Part shown: positions 1 through 15,000 of the stretch, piece by piece
Numbering within the stretch: the stretch's first letter is position 1
Layout: each line of letters opens with the position of its first letter
DNA from: the human T2T-CHM13v2.0 reference genome, Homo sapiens
Assembly: GCF_009914755.1 (NCBI RefSeq)
Contig: NC_060927.1
Reading direction: 5' to 3' (one strand)
Length of the DNA: 64,000 nucleotides
Position numbers and translations under genes: made by a program
The notes under the pieces: model-generated
The model's input: only the letters and a program-made list of their open reading frames with translations
What the model was told of the DNA's origin: nothing
The model's database searches: none

Positions 1-447
1 TCTAGAACTCTGGCCATTGTGACCCAGGGCCTGATTGTCACCATGCCACTGTACTCAACAATAGTTTTCAGGTTTTTAGATACTTCTGCAGACATATACA
101 AATCAGTGAAAAGAAGAAAGGGATATTGTACAGATAAAACCACGTATTTGTATACATATTAGTCAATGCATAGATACTGAGCATCTTCTATGTACAGGGG
201 TTATACCATGATGGAACACATGCATGATTTGCACTCATTGCAGTTTGTACACTTGAAGTCATACTCCGTTTGTATGCCTGTCTCCCCATTAGGGTGTATT
301 CTCTTTTAGGACCAAAAACAAATTATTTCATTCTGTTTCTCCAGTCCCAACTAACATACTAGATGACTGATATACTAGATGACTGACTGCCAATTAAATG
401 AATGGCTTAAAAATAAACAAATGCATCATGAATGCATGTGTAGCCTA

Positions 448-891
<444 letters not shown>

Positions 892-1324
892 TCAACTTGG
901 ACATTGCATTTCCTTTAGAAGTTTACGATGAAATAAAAAATAAAGTTAAGATGGTCTTCAAAACAGTTACGATCTGAACAGAAATCTACTTTATGTCTGA
1001 ATATTTTTTCACTTTGTGCTTACGGCTTCCATCTTAGCTTTTTCACCTATGCTGCAACACTATTAAATGAGGTCATTTTACATGAGTAACTTTGATATCT
1101 GTTTGTTGATTCACAGCTTCTCTAACTTGGAGGCAGGAAAAACAAGCTAATGACAAAGATATTTGTATACCAACTTTCACCTTAGAAATTATAGTTTCCA
1201 AATACTCACAAGTAAAAATACCACAAACTTTAATGACTTAATTAAGCCAGTGGTAAAACACAATATATCTAGGAGGGTGTTAGTTACAATAGCAGGGAAA
1301 TTATATGGTTTTCAGCAAGGTGGA

Positions 1325-1450
1325 CTAGAAGAATCAGGCTTTGGAACCAAAAACTAGACTCAAAATCTGATTGTTCCCTTTAATGAGGCTTCGCTGTAGC
1401 TTACTCTTTCTGCAAGTTAATTTTCTCATGTAAAATGGTGATAATATGAC
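1325..1450 (+). mobile_element. MIR SINE fragment
   Basis: Degenerate MIR 5' part and core (GGCTTTGGAACC...TTTTCTCATGTAAAATGGTGATAATA). Confidence 0.55.
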
Positions 1451-2321
1451 ATATTTTGAGAGAGAATTCAGACTTTGCAAATCTTCCAACACCATGCTAG
1501 TTTCTTTTCTCTCACCTTTGCTAATATGAGAAAGACAGACTGATAAAACCTTGTGGGGTCAACACCCACTAAAATAATAAATGCTCCCATATGTCACTGA
1601 GTCATAAAAATCATAAACTGAGCTGTTCTTCCTGATGCATCTTTAACTTTAGGGAGTATTATTTACTTTTACCATTTTTGAGTAAGCAATTAAAGTATGT
1701 ATTTTATGTAATTGAAGGAATCTCCATTGATAGTAAAATATTACCAGGCCAATTGTTATTTGTATATTTTTTAAAAACCTTTTAAAAGAATAGTTCATTT
1801 GCTTGCAAAGCAAAAGATGCTGTGACTTACCAACAAGATCTGGCTGCCTTTTCTGTGTTACTTATTGTTGTGGCAAAAGAGGTTGTAAGTGTGACAAGAA
1901 AATATAACATAAGAACATGAATAAACAAATAAGGGCAGTTGTTATGAAAACTGATTCTTCCAGAATGAGGAGTTAAATGAGCTCTCTCCTTAGTACCTTC
2001 TTCCTGTTTCCCAATTTTTAGGCTAAAGAAGACACAAACACTTAGGCAGTTACAAGAGTCCTTTAAAATCCTCCATGGTATTTTTAAAAATCTCTACAAT
2101 TCTCTTGTATTTTGAGTAAAAGCTAAATTGGAGCTGTATTGTTTTATTTCCTGAGTCTTCTTTTTATTGAATTATTTACAGTGGACATGATTGCTGGTGA
2201 TGATCACAGCCTTAGTCTTCATATTCTAGGGACAAATCTGTCCTAAACTTCTGTCATTGAACTTTCATGGATGGAGCTAACAGTTAATGATTGGTGTATA
2301 ACAAAAGGCAGTATCCTTCTA

Positions 2322-2682
<361 letters not shown>

Positions 2683-5600
2683 TTAAAGTATTTCTAAACC
2701 TAGGTTATAAGATTTAAAAAGAATGGTTTTTAGTTTCTAGTTTCCTGCAGTATCTAAGATGTCTACAAGGCAACATTGGGAACTGGAGTCAAAAAGTTGA
2801 TGCTTCACAGCTCCTTGGACACTACAGATAGACAGTGAGAAAACAGTCAATTGTTGTCACATCCCAAGAACAGCAGGGGATTCCAGTTAATTTTATGTAG
2901 CGACATTGAGCCTCTGGATTTTAAGGACCTTGCTGAACTCTCAACTGGTCTTCTTCCCTATCTGTATCTCATGGTGGCAGCAGCCTCTCTGTATTAATGG
3001 GAAAACAGAGACCTGAACTCAGATGTGTTATAAACTGAACTTCTGTTTATTGTTATCAAATATCTTTACAAGCTTTCTACCACTCTGGACAGACGACAGA
3101 TAGAAGGCAAGCTTGACTTCTTACTGTGCAAATGGAGCCCAACCAACCTAAAGGGTAAGCCACCTAAGAGAGGTTCCTCTTTTGGTCCTACACTAGCTAC
3201 TAGCACATATCAGGAGGGGATATGCTGCATTAAGAATGCAAATATCACTTTGTCTAAGGGTGTCTTCAGATGATGCCAGTAATTCATAAGTGTTCTCCCA
3301 CCATCCAGAAAGGGCATCATTCAGAGAGTCCTCATCTCTCTACCATCACTTTCAGGGTCCATCGCTAGTACTCAACTCTCCCTCTTACCTTGCAGGTGGT
3401 AAACAAAAGGGAAGACTATTAAATTTATCACCTATATATTTCAGAAATGTTTCTTTTCTCTCAATATCATCACTTTTAGGTTATCTGCTTAACAAAGCTC
3501 CTACCCTTCTCAGAGTCTAAGGATCAAATCTTTCTGTGATTCATTTCAAGAAGCTTTTGTCGAAGCACTGTTATATAATGTTATGAATCAAATGGACAAT
3601 CAATACATATTGGATGATGATGGATAAAGTTTAAGCCACAGAGTAAAGACTGTGTTGTTGAGCTAAAAGAGTTCAGTTTTTATCAAGCACAATAAATAAT
3701 AATTTTATTTTATGTGCAGATTTCTGATGGTCAGATCATTGTACAGTAGAGCATAATTGAAAGCAAATTCCCTCAGAGGCCACTGACCACTGGTAAATGT
3801 TCAAATATATAATACAGTTCAATACGACTGTACTAAACAGGTAATAAAATGTTGGCCTTTGACCTCCCGTGACTACTAGTTTCAGCTACTTCATTACCCC
3901 ATGAGGCATGTCCTCAGGTATGTGCATCTCTGGGTGGGCAGCTATTCTCTTGCATTTTCCAGCAGTCGTTTGCCATCAGTAGGCCTGTCAGAGTCAATGC
4001 TTCAGTTTCATAACTGTAATTGGATTGTCTGACTTCCTATTCAATTGGTACATGTTTCTTCTTATTTCTGTTTCTTTTAAAAAATCAATAAATGGTTTGT
4101 GATGCCTCAAATAGAGAGAAATCAGGTTTTACCACATTATGGAATTGACATTTTCAACATTTAGTTCTCAAAGAGGACCATTGGGTATGTCAGATTCAAC
4201 GCATAAGTTTTGGATTAATTGAATTGTTTGGTCCCAGGGATATATAATAACGTGAACACATTTCATGATGGAAACCAAAGAGCTCTATCATGCCCCAAAC
4301 TTTATGCATATGAGTAGAAACAATTTTTTCTCTTTTTCTTGTCTTTCTTTCCTCCACTCATAAAACCCGCCACTCATAATAAAGTTATAGAAAGCATAAA
4401 TAGCTTTATGTTTAAACTGGAGGCTGATATTGAAACCACTAAAACATTATGGGTGTGAATGGAATGTGCACATATATTTATATGTATATATAAAGTCCAA
4501 ATTTTATATACATATATGGACTTTATACATAGCTACATATATCTACACATACATATATGACACGAAGAGCTGAATCAGTTAATATATCTCTGCATTTAAG
4601 AGTAAATCATATTTGATGCAATTCTGCAAGTACATCTTGGCTCCATAAAACTGTGATAGTGGATGAAGTTGCAAAGGTAAGACAGAGTATCCACCACCAA
4701 AAGTCCTGACGTAGAATGAAAATCTTCCAAAAAGAATTAGTAAGTTCATATCGTTTCGCTTTTGTTTAATAGCTTGGCTCCTATTAGGATCAGGTTTGCA
4801 CCATTGATCGTGTATTGACTTGAATAAAAATACATTTCAAAATAATGTACAGTATTGACTAAAGATGGGACTACCTGCTTAAAATCAGATTCATTCCACA
4901 TTTCATTGCTATCTCTAAGTATTCATTCTGCAGGAGGAAGAGATTTTTCCACTGCATAGAGAACATTATCAAATGTTTCCATCTTCCTTTGAAGCATTCA
5001 CTATTAACTGCTGTTAGAGGAAGGATTCTAGACTGAGTGGGCCATTGGTTTGTTCTGGTAGGACAGTTCCTGAGTTTGGAAGAAAAAAGAAAAAACTACC
5101 AGAGACAAACTTTAATATTTTGAGTGGCACTTAGCTGATATGGTAGGTAGAATTTACCAATTCCTTTTAAAATTTAATTTCTTGTTAAACGTGAAAGCTT
5201 GAAGTTCAGTAATATGAAAATAATAACATTTTTCAGGTCATGAATATTTGCTTTTTAAAATAGTTTACTTTACTCTACTTGCAAGCCAGATTTCCCTATT
5301 TTTAAGTGAGTTTATTGTGGGAGTGGGAGGAGTTGAATTAGAACAAGACTCTCTACAGGGTCACAACCTCTTCAGGGCTTCAGTGCAAGGAAGGGATGAA
5401 CAGATATTGACAGACCAACTGTCTTATAACCTGAGATTCCCACTCGTTTGTTATTCTGTATGGCTATATTTGCTTTCAACCTCAATAGGCTTCATTCATC
5501 TGCAAACTTCCTGTGGCCCTTGATCAAAAAGGCTACAAAAAATACCATGTCCTCATGTGCCAAGTAAAAATTTGTGACTATGCAGCTTAAAAGTCGGTCA

Positions 5601-8600
5601 TGGAGAAAATGTTTCTTAACAACGCTTTGAACTATTTAAATTAGAGCTTTATTTTAGAAAATTTACTAGACAGTGGTCTACTTCATTTTATTATACTAAT
5701 TATCTTTAGTTGCAAGAACAATGGCCATTTTGTGAGTTGTTAGTTCAACCATACATTGTTATATTTGTGAGACAAAAATAGCCAACTGTGAGCAATTTTA
5801 TATGGCTTGACCTAATATAAAATTTTGTGTGCTTTGAATGTCTGTGATAAACACAGAGATGTATTCCCATGGAAACCATGCCCCATGCATGGTGAAGCAG
5901 CCAATATGGTGGTAAGGATTACACTGGCATGACTGTCTATAGTCCAGGAAAGTATTATAAAGATGTTGCTTGGAGTTCTGTGCAAAAGAAAAGTCCACGT
6001 TTAATCAATGTATAGGTATATTAAGAAGGAAATCCTCCTATTTATGATTCACCATGACCAATGTCATAGTAAAGGCTTTGAAAAATTCTGCAGCAAATTA
6101 CATCATTTAGTCAAATAAATTCCATAGGGTATGCTGTGCTGGGCCATAAAATACCTTTTCTGATCAAATGCCTATCAGCATTTTATAGGAAAGCAATGTT
6201 TCATAATTCTCTGTAATTCAATTTGAGAAACCAACACCTGACTGAAAACTTGACACTTGTATGTTTCTGTACCTTCAGGGGTTAATGCAGTGCCTTATCC
6301 ATATAAGGTTAACCTTACAAACCAAAAAAATGACAGCTTTAGACTCACAGTTTGTAATCTAGCTCTCATATGGTGCATGCTGTTTTAAAGGAAATTATAT
6401 CTACTCTCCTCATCCAGCAAACTGGCATTTCATAAGATAAGCTATGCACTCTGAGTTTAAATAAATTCAGATATTTTTCTTTGAATACATTTCACAGCCA
6501 GGGCATAACATTCTGAACACTGTGACATTATCCTTCCTTAAAACGTGTATGTCTGTTTTCTCATGTTAAACTTCCTTTTTGTTCTATCTGTATCTGTAAT
6601 AATTGCCTGTGATTTCTGGAATGGGTCTCATGAGGGAGTCCATTTTTCTTCCCTTAGCCTCTCTCTAAGCACCCAATATGGAAGCTGCAGCCCATGATGC
6701 ATCCATGAATATTATCGGAGAAGATCAATAAATCTAAGTCCACAGCCAACAGTAATTACTTTCTTTATTCTGGCAGAGATGGTGGCATTATTTAGACACA
6801 GTTGTAGAGCAAGTGACAAACAAGGCACCTTTTTGCAGACTCAAATTTCTGGGATACATTTACAACAGTGGTGAAAAATTACAGAGGGATGGCAGGTATA
6901 TGTGAACAGGGCTGCAACTAATTTGGCCTTGGGAGGTGAGATTGTCAGGCATGTCAAAAGCTAAGCCTCATTCAGAATCCTCCCCACTCCAGCACTTCTC
7001 AGATCTGTTTGCACCACCTCTTTTCTCCCTCTCCTCTAGCTTCAAACTTACCCTCTCTATTGGCTTCATCCTCTCGGAATATAAATATACTTGAGAATCT
7101 CTTCTCTTGAAAAAGAATCCACCCTCACTTCCACCTTCCTGTTTTCTCTCTCCCTCTCTTTTGTGGAGAAGCTACTTGAATGAATACCCTACATTCCCTT
7201 CTCCACTTCCTGACCTCCCATGTGTGACTCCATCCTTCATAGTAGGTAAACATTCTTGAGAAGATTCTCATCTGTTGTGAAGTCTTCCCTTACCCCCCAC
7301 TCTACTTCTCCCACATCTCGTTTTAGATTTGGATGTTACCCTCACCATGGACTCCTACTGTACCTTGAATGCTTCTCGATTCAGTCTTACCATTCAAGAA
7401 TGTAATGTTTTTTATTTTGTTTCTGTTGATAAGAGGTAGAGCTTGTGTCTTCATCATCTTTGTATCCGGTGTCCAGGGTATTGCCTGAGGGCAATTATAG
7501 GGACTTAATAACGCCCAAACACATCCAACCTTTTTCGATCAAATTTGTTTCTAAAGCCAGAATACAAAAAAAAAAGAAAGAAAGAAATAGAAAAGCTCCC
7601 TGTTTGCAAATGTGCTGTGTATTTTGTGCTGTAAGCCTCTGATAAATGCAGTGGTGTTATCCAATTAACTTTCCAGTACTCAGGAGAGAGCCTTACAGGT
7701 TCTGCCAACTTACCATCGACTAATCTTAATTGTCTTTTGACCTATGCTAGCTGCATGGAGGGTAGGGGGATTAGTAGTAATGTAGAACTTTTAAATATTA
7801 ACATTATGTACTATGTATATTATATAAGGAAATTTGACCTCTTTCAGAAAAAAGTAGCACAAGTTCATATAGTATGGGCAGTAGGACTTTGCTATTTAAA
7901 TCAGTACCACAAAATGTTTTTATATGGAATGTTATTCTAACTTTCTGGACAAACCTGAATAATATGTTTAAAGTTTCATATTACAGGATCCTTATTTATA
8001 ATACCTAAATAACATTTTCATCCTTCCATAGCCTGAACAATATTAAATCAATATATAAAATCACAGTAATCATAAAATTAGAGTTTCACTATGTACACTG
8101 AGGTCCTTCAGTGATTACCAAGTGCTGCCAAATAACACAATCCTACATCAGCTGTCAGTCCTCAGTTCTAACTCCTAGGCTCTGGCTACTTTGAGATGCT
8201 ATTTCCAAAAAGTCCTCTTCTCTGGCTACTCATGTCACCTTGAGGGGCACAGCTCACTCGGAAAAGCTACTCTTGTAGAAGCCTCACTATCTGAGACCCC
8301 TAACAACTCATTATCATCCCTCCTCCCAACAACTTAAAGAACATGTATTCCACAACACAGGTCTTATGAGGGCAGGGCAGAATGGGGTGGCCCTCTCTCC
8401 AAAATCAATATGTGAGTTGAGAAAAAAATGAGACATTTTGTTCTCATCAAGAAATCTATAGACAGCAGTGATCCTAGGGTCCCCAACTGGAACCAAGAAT
8501 ATACTGACCCAGAGACACATGAGGTAAAAGTTTTATTCTTCAGATTTTTACAACTATGCCACTAAGGTATTCATTCAGTCATCCTTTTTGAGCTAGCAAG

Positions 8601-8852
8601 GAAAATTAAACCAAATGCTTTTAAGGCTTACCATATCATGCTAAATTCCACCAAACTTTTAAAGAAGAACAAACATGAATTCTTTTCCAACAATTCTAAA
8701 AAAATTAAAGGGGATGGAATTTTCCAAACTCATTCTACAAGGTCTGCATTACTCTGACAACAAACCAGAAAAGGACACAACAATAAATAAAGAAAACTAC
8801 TAGCCAATATCACTGATAAACACAGATGCAAAAATCCTCAGCAATGTACTAA

Positions 8853-9624
8853 TGATATGGAAGAGGAGAAGGGAAGTGCTGGATAGAGGAGGGCATGGTC
8901 CCTGGCTGGGGCTCCACTCCTGGGCCTGTGCCCATGTACCAGGTGAGGACAGGCATTCATGTTTTCCTGCCTAAATGTTGCATTTCCCAAGACAACCCTG
9001 GCCTGCCACAACCCCATCCTGTGCCTATAAAAACCCCAAGACCCTAGCAGGCCGACACACAGGTGGCTGGACATCGAGAGGAGAACATCAGCAGAGGACA
9101 CATGGGCCGCTGGATTTCGAGAGGAACACACCAACAGGCACTGGCACTCCAGCAGGTCACCAACTGGCAGAACAACTGAGTGTTTGGCCAGGGCAGTCAG
9201 AGAAGAGTCGGGCCACCAAGAGGCCCAATTCCTGGGAGAACCATCTCCCTTCTGGCTCCCTCATCTGCTGAGAGCTACTTCCGGTCAATACAACTTTGCA
9301 CTCCTTCTCCAAGCCCATGTATGATCCAATTCTTCTGGTACACCAAGGCAAGAATCCCAGGATACAGAAAGCCCTCTGTCCTTGTCTAATTGAGCTGACC
9401 ACAAGTTACCTATGGACAGCTAAACTAAAAGAGCACCCTGTAACACACACCCACTGGGGCTTCAGCTGTAAACATTCACCCCCAGACACTGCCATGGAGT
9501 TGGAGTCCCACAGCCTGCCTGCCTGTATGCTTCCCTAGAGGATAGAGCAGTGGGGCACTGAAGAAGTGAGCCACACCCTCACCACATCCCCTGTGAGGGG
9601 GACAAGGGAAATTTTCCCATTTCA
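8853..9624 (+). mobile_element. ERV1-class solo LTR (LTR1/LTR27/LTR28-like), 772 bp, inserted into L1 ORF2
   Basis: TG...CA termini (TGATATGG...CCATTTCA); 4-bp TSD CTAA at 8849-8852 and 9625-9628; TATAAAAA at 9026-9033; GC-richer than the host L1. Family name is from memory. Confidence 0.9.
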
Positions 9625-9783
9625 CTAACAAACCAAAACCAACAGCACATCAAAAAGATTATATACTATGATTAAGCAGAATTTATCCTAGGGATGCAAG
9701 TAAGTTTCAACATATGTAAATCAATAAATGTATGCTACTATATCAACAGAATGAAGAACAAAACCATATGATCATCTCAGTAG

Positions 9784-10100
9784 ATGCAGAAAATAGCATG
9801 TGATAAAATTCAACATCTTTTCATTGTAAAAACTCCCAAAAAATCAGATAAAGAAGAAATACACCTCAACAAAATACAGGCTATATTTGACAAATCCATG
9901 GCTAATCTCATAATGAATGAGGAAAAATTAAAAGCTTTTCCTCTAAGAACTGGAAGAAAACATGGATACTCATTCTCACTACTCTTACTCAACATAGTAC
10001 TGGAAGTCCTAGGAAGAACAATTAGGCCAGAGAAAGAAATAAAGGGCATCTAAATTGGAAAAGAGAAAGTCAGTTTGTCTCTGTTTGCAGATTACATAAA
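9784..10100 (+). pseudogene. Dead L1 ORF2 reverse-transcriptase domain fragment
   Basis: Translation DKIQH...KLKAFPLRTG...LLNIVLEVL...EKEIKGI matches L1 ORF2 RT; stop at 10051-10053; the catalytic FADD motif reads LFADYI at 10081-10098. Confidence 0.9.
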
Positions 10101-10446
10101 CTTATTTATAGAAAAACATAGACACTCCACCAAAAAATTCTTAGAACTGATAAATTCAGTAAAGTTGTGAGATACAAAATCAACATACAACAACAGTAGC
10201 ACATCTTTGTACCAGGAAAGGAAATCAGTATGTCAAAATTCTAATGAATGAACTAAGAAAGAAATCAAGAAAACAATCTTATTTATAATAGTTATAAATT
10301 TTAAAAAACCCTAAAAATAAATGTAACCATGGAGTTGAAAGATTTCTACATTGAAAGCTATAAAACACTGATGAAAGAAACTGAAGAGAACACACACACA
10401 GGAAGATAACCCATGCTCATGGATTGGAAGAATAAATATTGTTACA

Positions 10447-10842
10447 ATGGCCATACCACCCAAAGTGATCTACAGATTTAGTGCAATCTCTATAAAAATA
10501 CCAATGGCATTCAACACAGAAATAGAAAAAACAATCTTAGCATTCATATGCAACCACAAAAGACCCCAGATAGCCAACATAATCCTGAACAAAAAGAACA
10601 AAGCTGAAGGCATCAATCTATCTGACTTCAAAATATATTGCAAAGATATGGTAACCAAAAAAGCATGGTATTGCCATAAAAACAGGCAGATACAACAATG
10701 GAACAGAATAGGGAACCCAGAAGTAAATCCACATATTTACAGCCAACTGATTTTTGACAAAAATCCTAAGAACATACATAGGGGAAAGGTCTCTTCAATA
10801 AATGGCACTGGACACACTGAATATCTGCGTGCAGAAGGTTAA
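10447..10842 (+). pseudogene. Dead L1 ORF2 fragment (post-RT region)
   Basis: [19 protein letters not shown]...DFKIYCK...[16 protein letters not shown]...QLIFDK is typical L1 ORF2; flanked by frameshifts and stops. Confidence 0.9.
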
Positions 10843-11693
10843 ATACCCATCTTTCCCGTTATACAAAAACCAACTCAAAATGGATTAAAGACTTACATGT
10901 AAAACCCAAATCTATGAAAGCACTAGAAGAAAACTTAGGGGAAGCACTTAGGGATATTGGTATGGGAAAATATTATGAATAAGACTTTAAAAGCACAGGC
11001 AAATAAAACAAAACTAGACAAAAGGGATTAAGTCAAACTAAAAAGATTCTGCACAGCAAAGGAAAAAAAAAATCAATGGAATGAAGAGACAACCTACAGA
11101 ATGGGCAAAAATATAAATTATTTATTTAACAAAGCTTAATATCTAGAATATACAAGGAATTCAACAGCAAAATAAATAAATAATTTGATTTTTAAAATAG
11201 ACAAATGATCTAGATAGATAGTTCTCTAAGGAAGACACACAAATGGCCAATAAGTATGTGTAAAATGCTCAGTATCACTAATCACCAGGGAGATATCAAA
11301 ACCACAATGAGATGTGATCTTACTCCAGTTAGAATGTCTATTGTCAAAAAGACAAAAATAAGAAATGCCGGTGAGGATGCAGAGAAAAGGTAACTCATAA
11401 ACTGTTTGTGAAAATGTAAATTAATACAGCCATTGTGGAAAACAGTCTGGAGATCCCTCAAAAAACTGAAAATAGAATTATCATATGATCTCACAATTCC
11501 ACTATGGGGTAAATATTTAAAGAAAATAAAATAAATATGTCAAAGAGATATCTACATTCCCATGTTTACTGCAACATTATTCACAATAGCCAAGATATGG
11601 AATCAAGCCAAGTATCCACCAGCAGATGAATGGATAAAGAAAATGCACATTTACACAATGGAATACTATTCTGCCAATAAAAAGAGTGAAATT

Positions 11694-12012
<319 letters not shown>

Positions 12013-15000
12013 TTACAAAACAACATTGTTGTAACTGGAGGACATTATGTTACCTGAAATAGGCCAGGCATGGAAAGATAAATACCACATGTTCTCACTC
12101 ATATATTGAAGCTAAAAAAGTTGATCTCCTAGAAGTGGAGAGTACAATAGTGGTTACTAGAGGCTGAGATGGGTAGAGGAAAGAGGAGAATAGGGAGAGG
12201 CTGGTTAACAGATACAAAATTACAATTCAATTGGAGCAATAATTTCTAGTGTTCTATACCACAGTAAGGTGACTGTAGTTAACAATAATTTATTGTATAT
12301 TTTCAAATAGCTAGAAGAGGAGATTCTGAATGTCCACAAAACAAAGACATGCTAAATATTCGAGGTGAAGGATATGCTGATTATCTCAGTTTGATCAATA
12401 CACATTGCATTCATGTATCAAAATATCCTACTGTATCCCATAAATATGTACCATTATTGTGTCAATTAACATTTTTTAAAATGTCTACTGTAAGAAAAAA
12501 AACTAAACTAAACAAAGCCCACTTACCATATCAGATAGATTTTCATAAGCAATAGTCAGCCCAGTTTTCTGGCCTATAGAGCTAGGAATCTATTTGTCAT
12601 GAATTACGAAGGAAGCCCTCTGAGAGTTTATGTCAGCAGGCAAACTTGCCTACCATCTCCTGCTATAGTATTCTAAGGTGCTGAATGGAAAAACTGGGCT
12701 AATGATGTTTTCGTTTGTATTTTACATGGAAAAGCTCAATAGAGATGACTGATTTCATGACATGAGAGGGCTTTTTCAGAATGAAATAATGAATTGCATT
12801 CTTAATATTGTAAATGCCCTGCCTAGATTTTCTCTAAATCATTACAATGAGAGGCAATTCCCCAATGTAGAAGGGTGTGACTGTCTCCAGAGAAGTGGAG
12901 AGTCAATGCATCACCCGTGTAATTTAGGAAAACCACCCACTTTATTTCAAGTGCTTTTTCAGATGATCATGCTTTTTGGACTTAAATTCTCTGGATAATT
13001 TCTCCACTTCTCTTCCCTGTTATGTGTACATCAAAGCATAACGACTTGGCCTTGGACAACTGAAAAATTAATAACCGAAGCAAGAGTTTAAGAAATCCAT
13101 AGTAATGACACAAATGAGACCTATCAAATTAGAAAATCAAAATGAAAACACACTAAACACTTCAAAATTTAATTAGAAAAAGTTCCAAGTTCAGACCACA
13201 CTGAGGCCATTATGCACCAGAAGCACTCTATATTGAAACCTGAAAAGGAGAGTCATTTTGGTGAAATGTGACCTTGGGAAGGAGGTAAGATCGCTCACTG
13301 CTTCTTTTACTTTATCTGCTTTTTAAGGCTCACCCCTTAACGTTTTATGAAAGGCAGATCCAAGGCAAGCATCTCTTCAATTTAACCTTCACAAGAGACA
13401 CAATTCAGTCTTTTATTTTTCCCAATGATACTGCAATCAACTTGAGACTGCTCACCATGAACCATTTGAAAATATTTTTCAAATTAATACACAAATTATG
13501 AAGCATACGTTGGCTGCTGATCCCTGTGAACCATTCCCATTGACTTTTAAGTCCAATGCTGTATATCAGGTAAGGATGATTTTCTCCCTTGCAACTTAAT
13601 GGGATGGGAGGGAGGCTTGTGGGTTATATATGTTTAGAATGAATCATCTTTCTTTTCTGCCGCCCTTTTCATACAAATTGTATATCCTCCAAACATTTTA
13701 TAGACTTCTATAACATAGGAGAGTATAAAGAATATATTACAAGAGGCAGGAGAATAGACAAGCTTCCAATCCTATGTGAAGTTTATATGGTACCTATCTT
13801 TAAAGGCTTTATATATTTTGCCTTACTACCTCACATCTTAGAATTAAACCCACTTTATTATGCATTTAGTTCTCAAGTTATCTCTGTTTGATGAGCAGCA
13901 TTGCCACCAACCACATTTTTATCAATAATAAAGCTGAGACAAACTGAGGTTCCTACAAGGTCACACAATAAGTATAGTGACTAAAGACTAGTACTCAAGT
14001 CTCATACGAGCCATTTAAGACAACCCTGAAGTTAAGCACTGGGTGACTTTGGGAGGTGTGTGTGACAGGGTTATTACAAAACATAGCATACTCACATTCC
14101 CCCCAAACCAACTTCGTTATTTGTATAGTTTCTGAACAGAAATATATATTTGCAAATAGTTATAGAAAAATTTTGGATGCATTTCTATTAAGAACTGCAT
14201 GTGTATTTCCATTAAAGTCAGTGTGTATCCTGAACCAAGCCTGCTGCAGCCTTGTGGCCATCTGTCATTTAGATTCTCCTTTCTTGACTATCCTTGGAAG
14301 CTTCTTTTTCACTTTTTCCTTGGCTGATCAAAAGCTTTTACCTCTCACTACTGGTTGTTAGTTCTCATTCCTCCATTTCATAATATCCTTCAAAAGTTTA
14401 GTTTGGTAATAGACCCTCATTTCAATATCCCTCAGAAAAAGCATAGGAATTTTTTAAATACTGCTCATTGTCTTCTTCTTTCTTTTCTTTTGAAGCAACT
14501 GACTTGCTTGACCTAGGTGGTTGTGTTTCTTTGATGTATGCCAGCTTTCAATGTGTTGAGAGGTGGGAGTCCAGGTACCTTATTGCTGGGCTCCTGTGCT
14601 CATGTTTTACCATCATAGACAAGGTGACAATTTGGGATGGGAGGGCACTGCTTAAGCAGGCATGGGGAGTGGAGTGAGGGCCAACATGGGCTGTCTGAAA
14701 AAGGTCAAAGCACTAGGTCTGTCCATGAATCTGGGAATACTTGCTCTGTTCAGGGAAAAAAGGCTCTTCTACAGGGCAAGTGCAGGTATCACAATGTCAA
14801 GAACTGCCATTTCATGAATAGTGCCAGGCCCTCTTCTGAGATATAATACCAAGAGAAATATTATCTGTGCCATTTCCAGATAAAGAACCTCAGCTTCTTT
14901 TAGAAAAATTTACGGTTATCTGAAGGAGCCAGAATTTTCCACAATTTCTTCCAGGATTATGTGTATAAGCAAACCTTTATCACTTACATACAAACACACA

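Noticed and set aside
4598-4682. Consensus donor AAG|GTAAGA at 4676 (similar donors at 13284 and 13569)
   Set aside because: No convincing paired acceptor or coding frame; isolated donor matches are expected by chance in 64 kb.
8838-9538. Several overlapping 69-98 aa ORFs
   Set aside because: All lie in the GC-richer solo LTR and show no gag, pol or env similarity.
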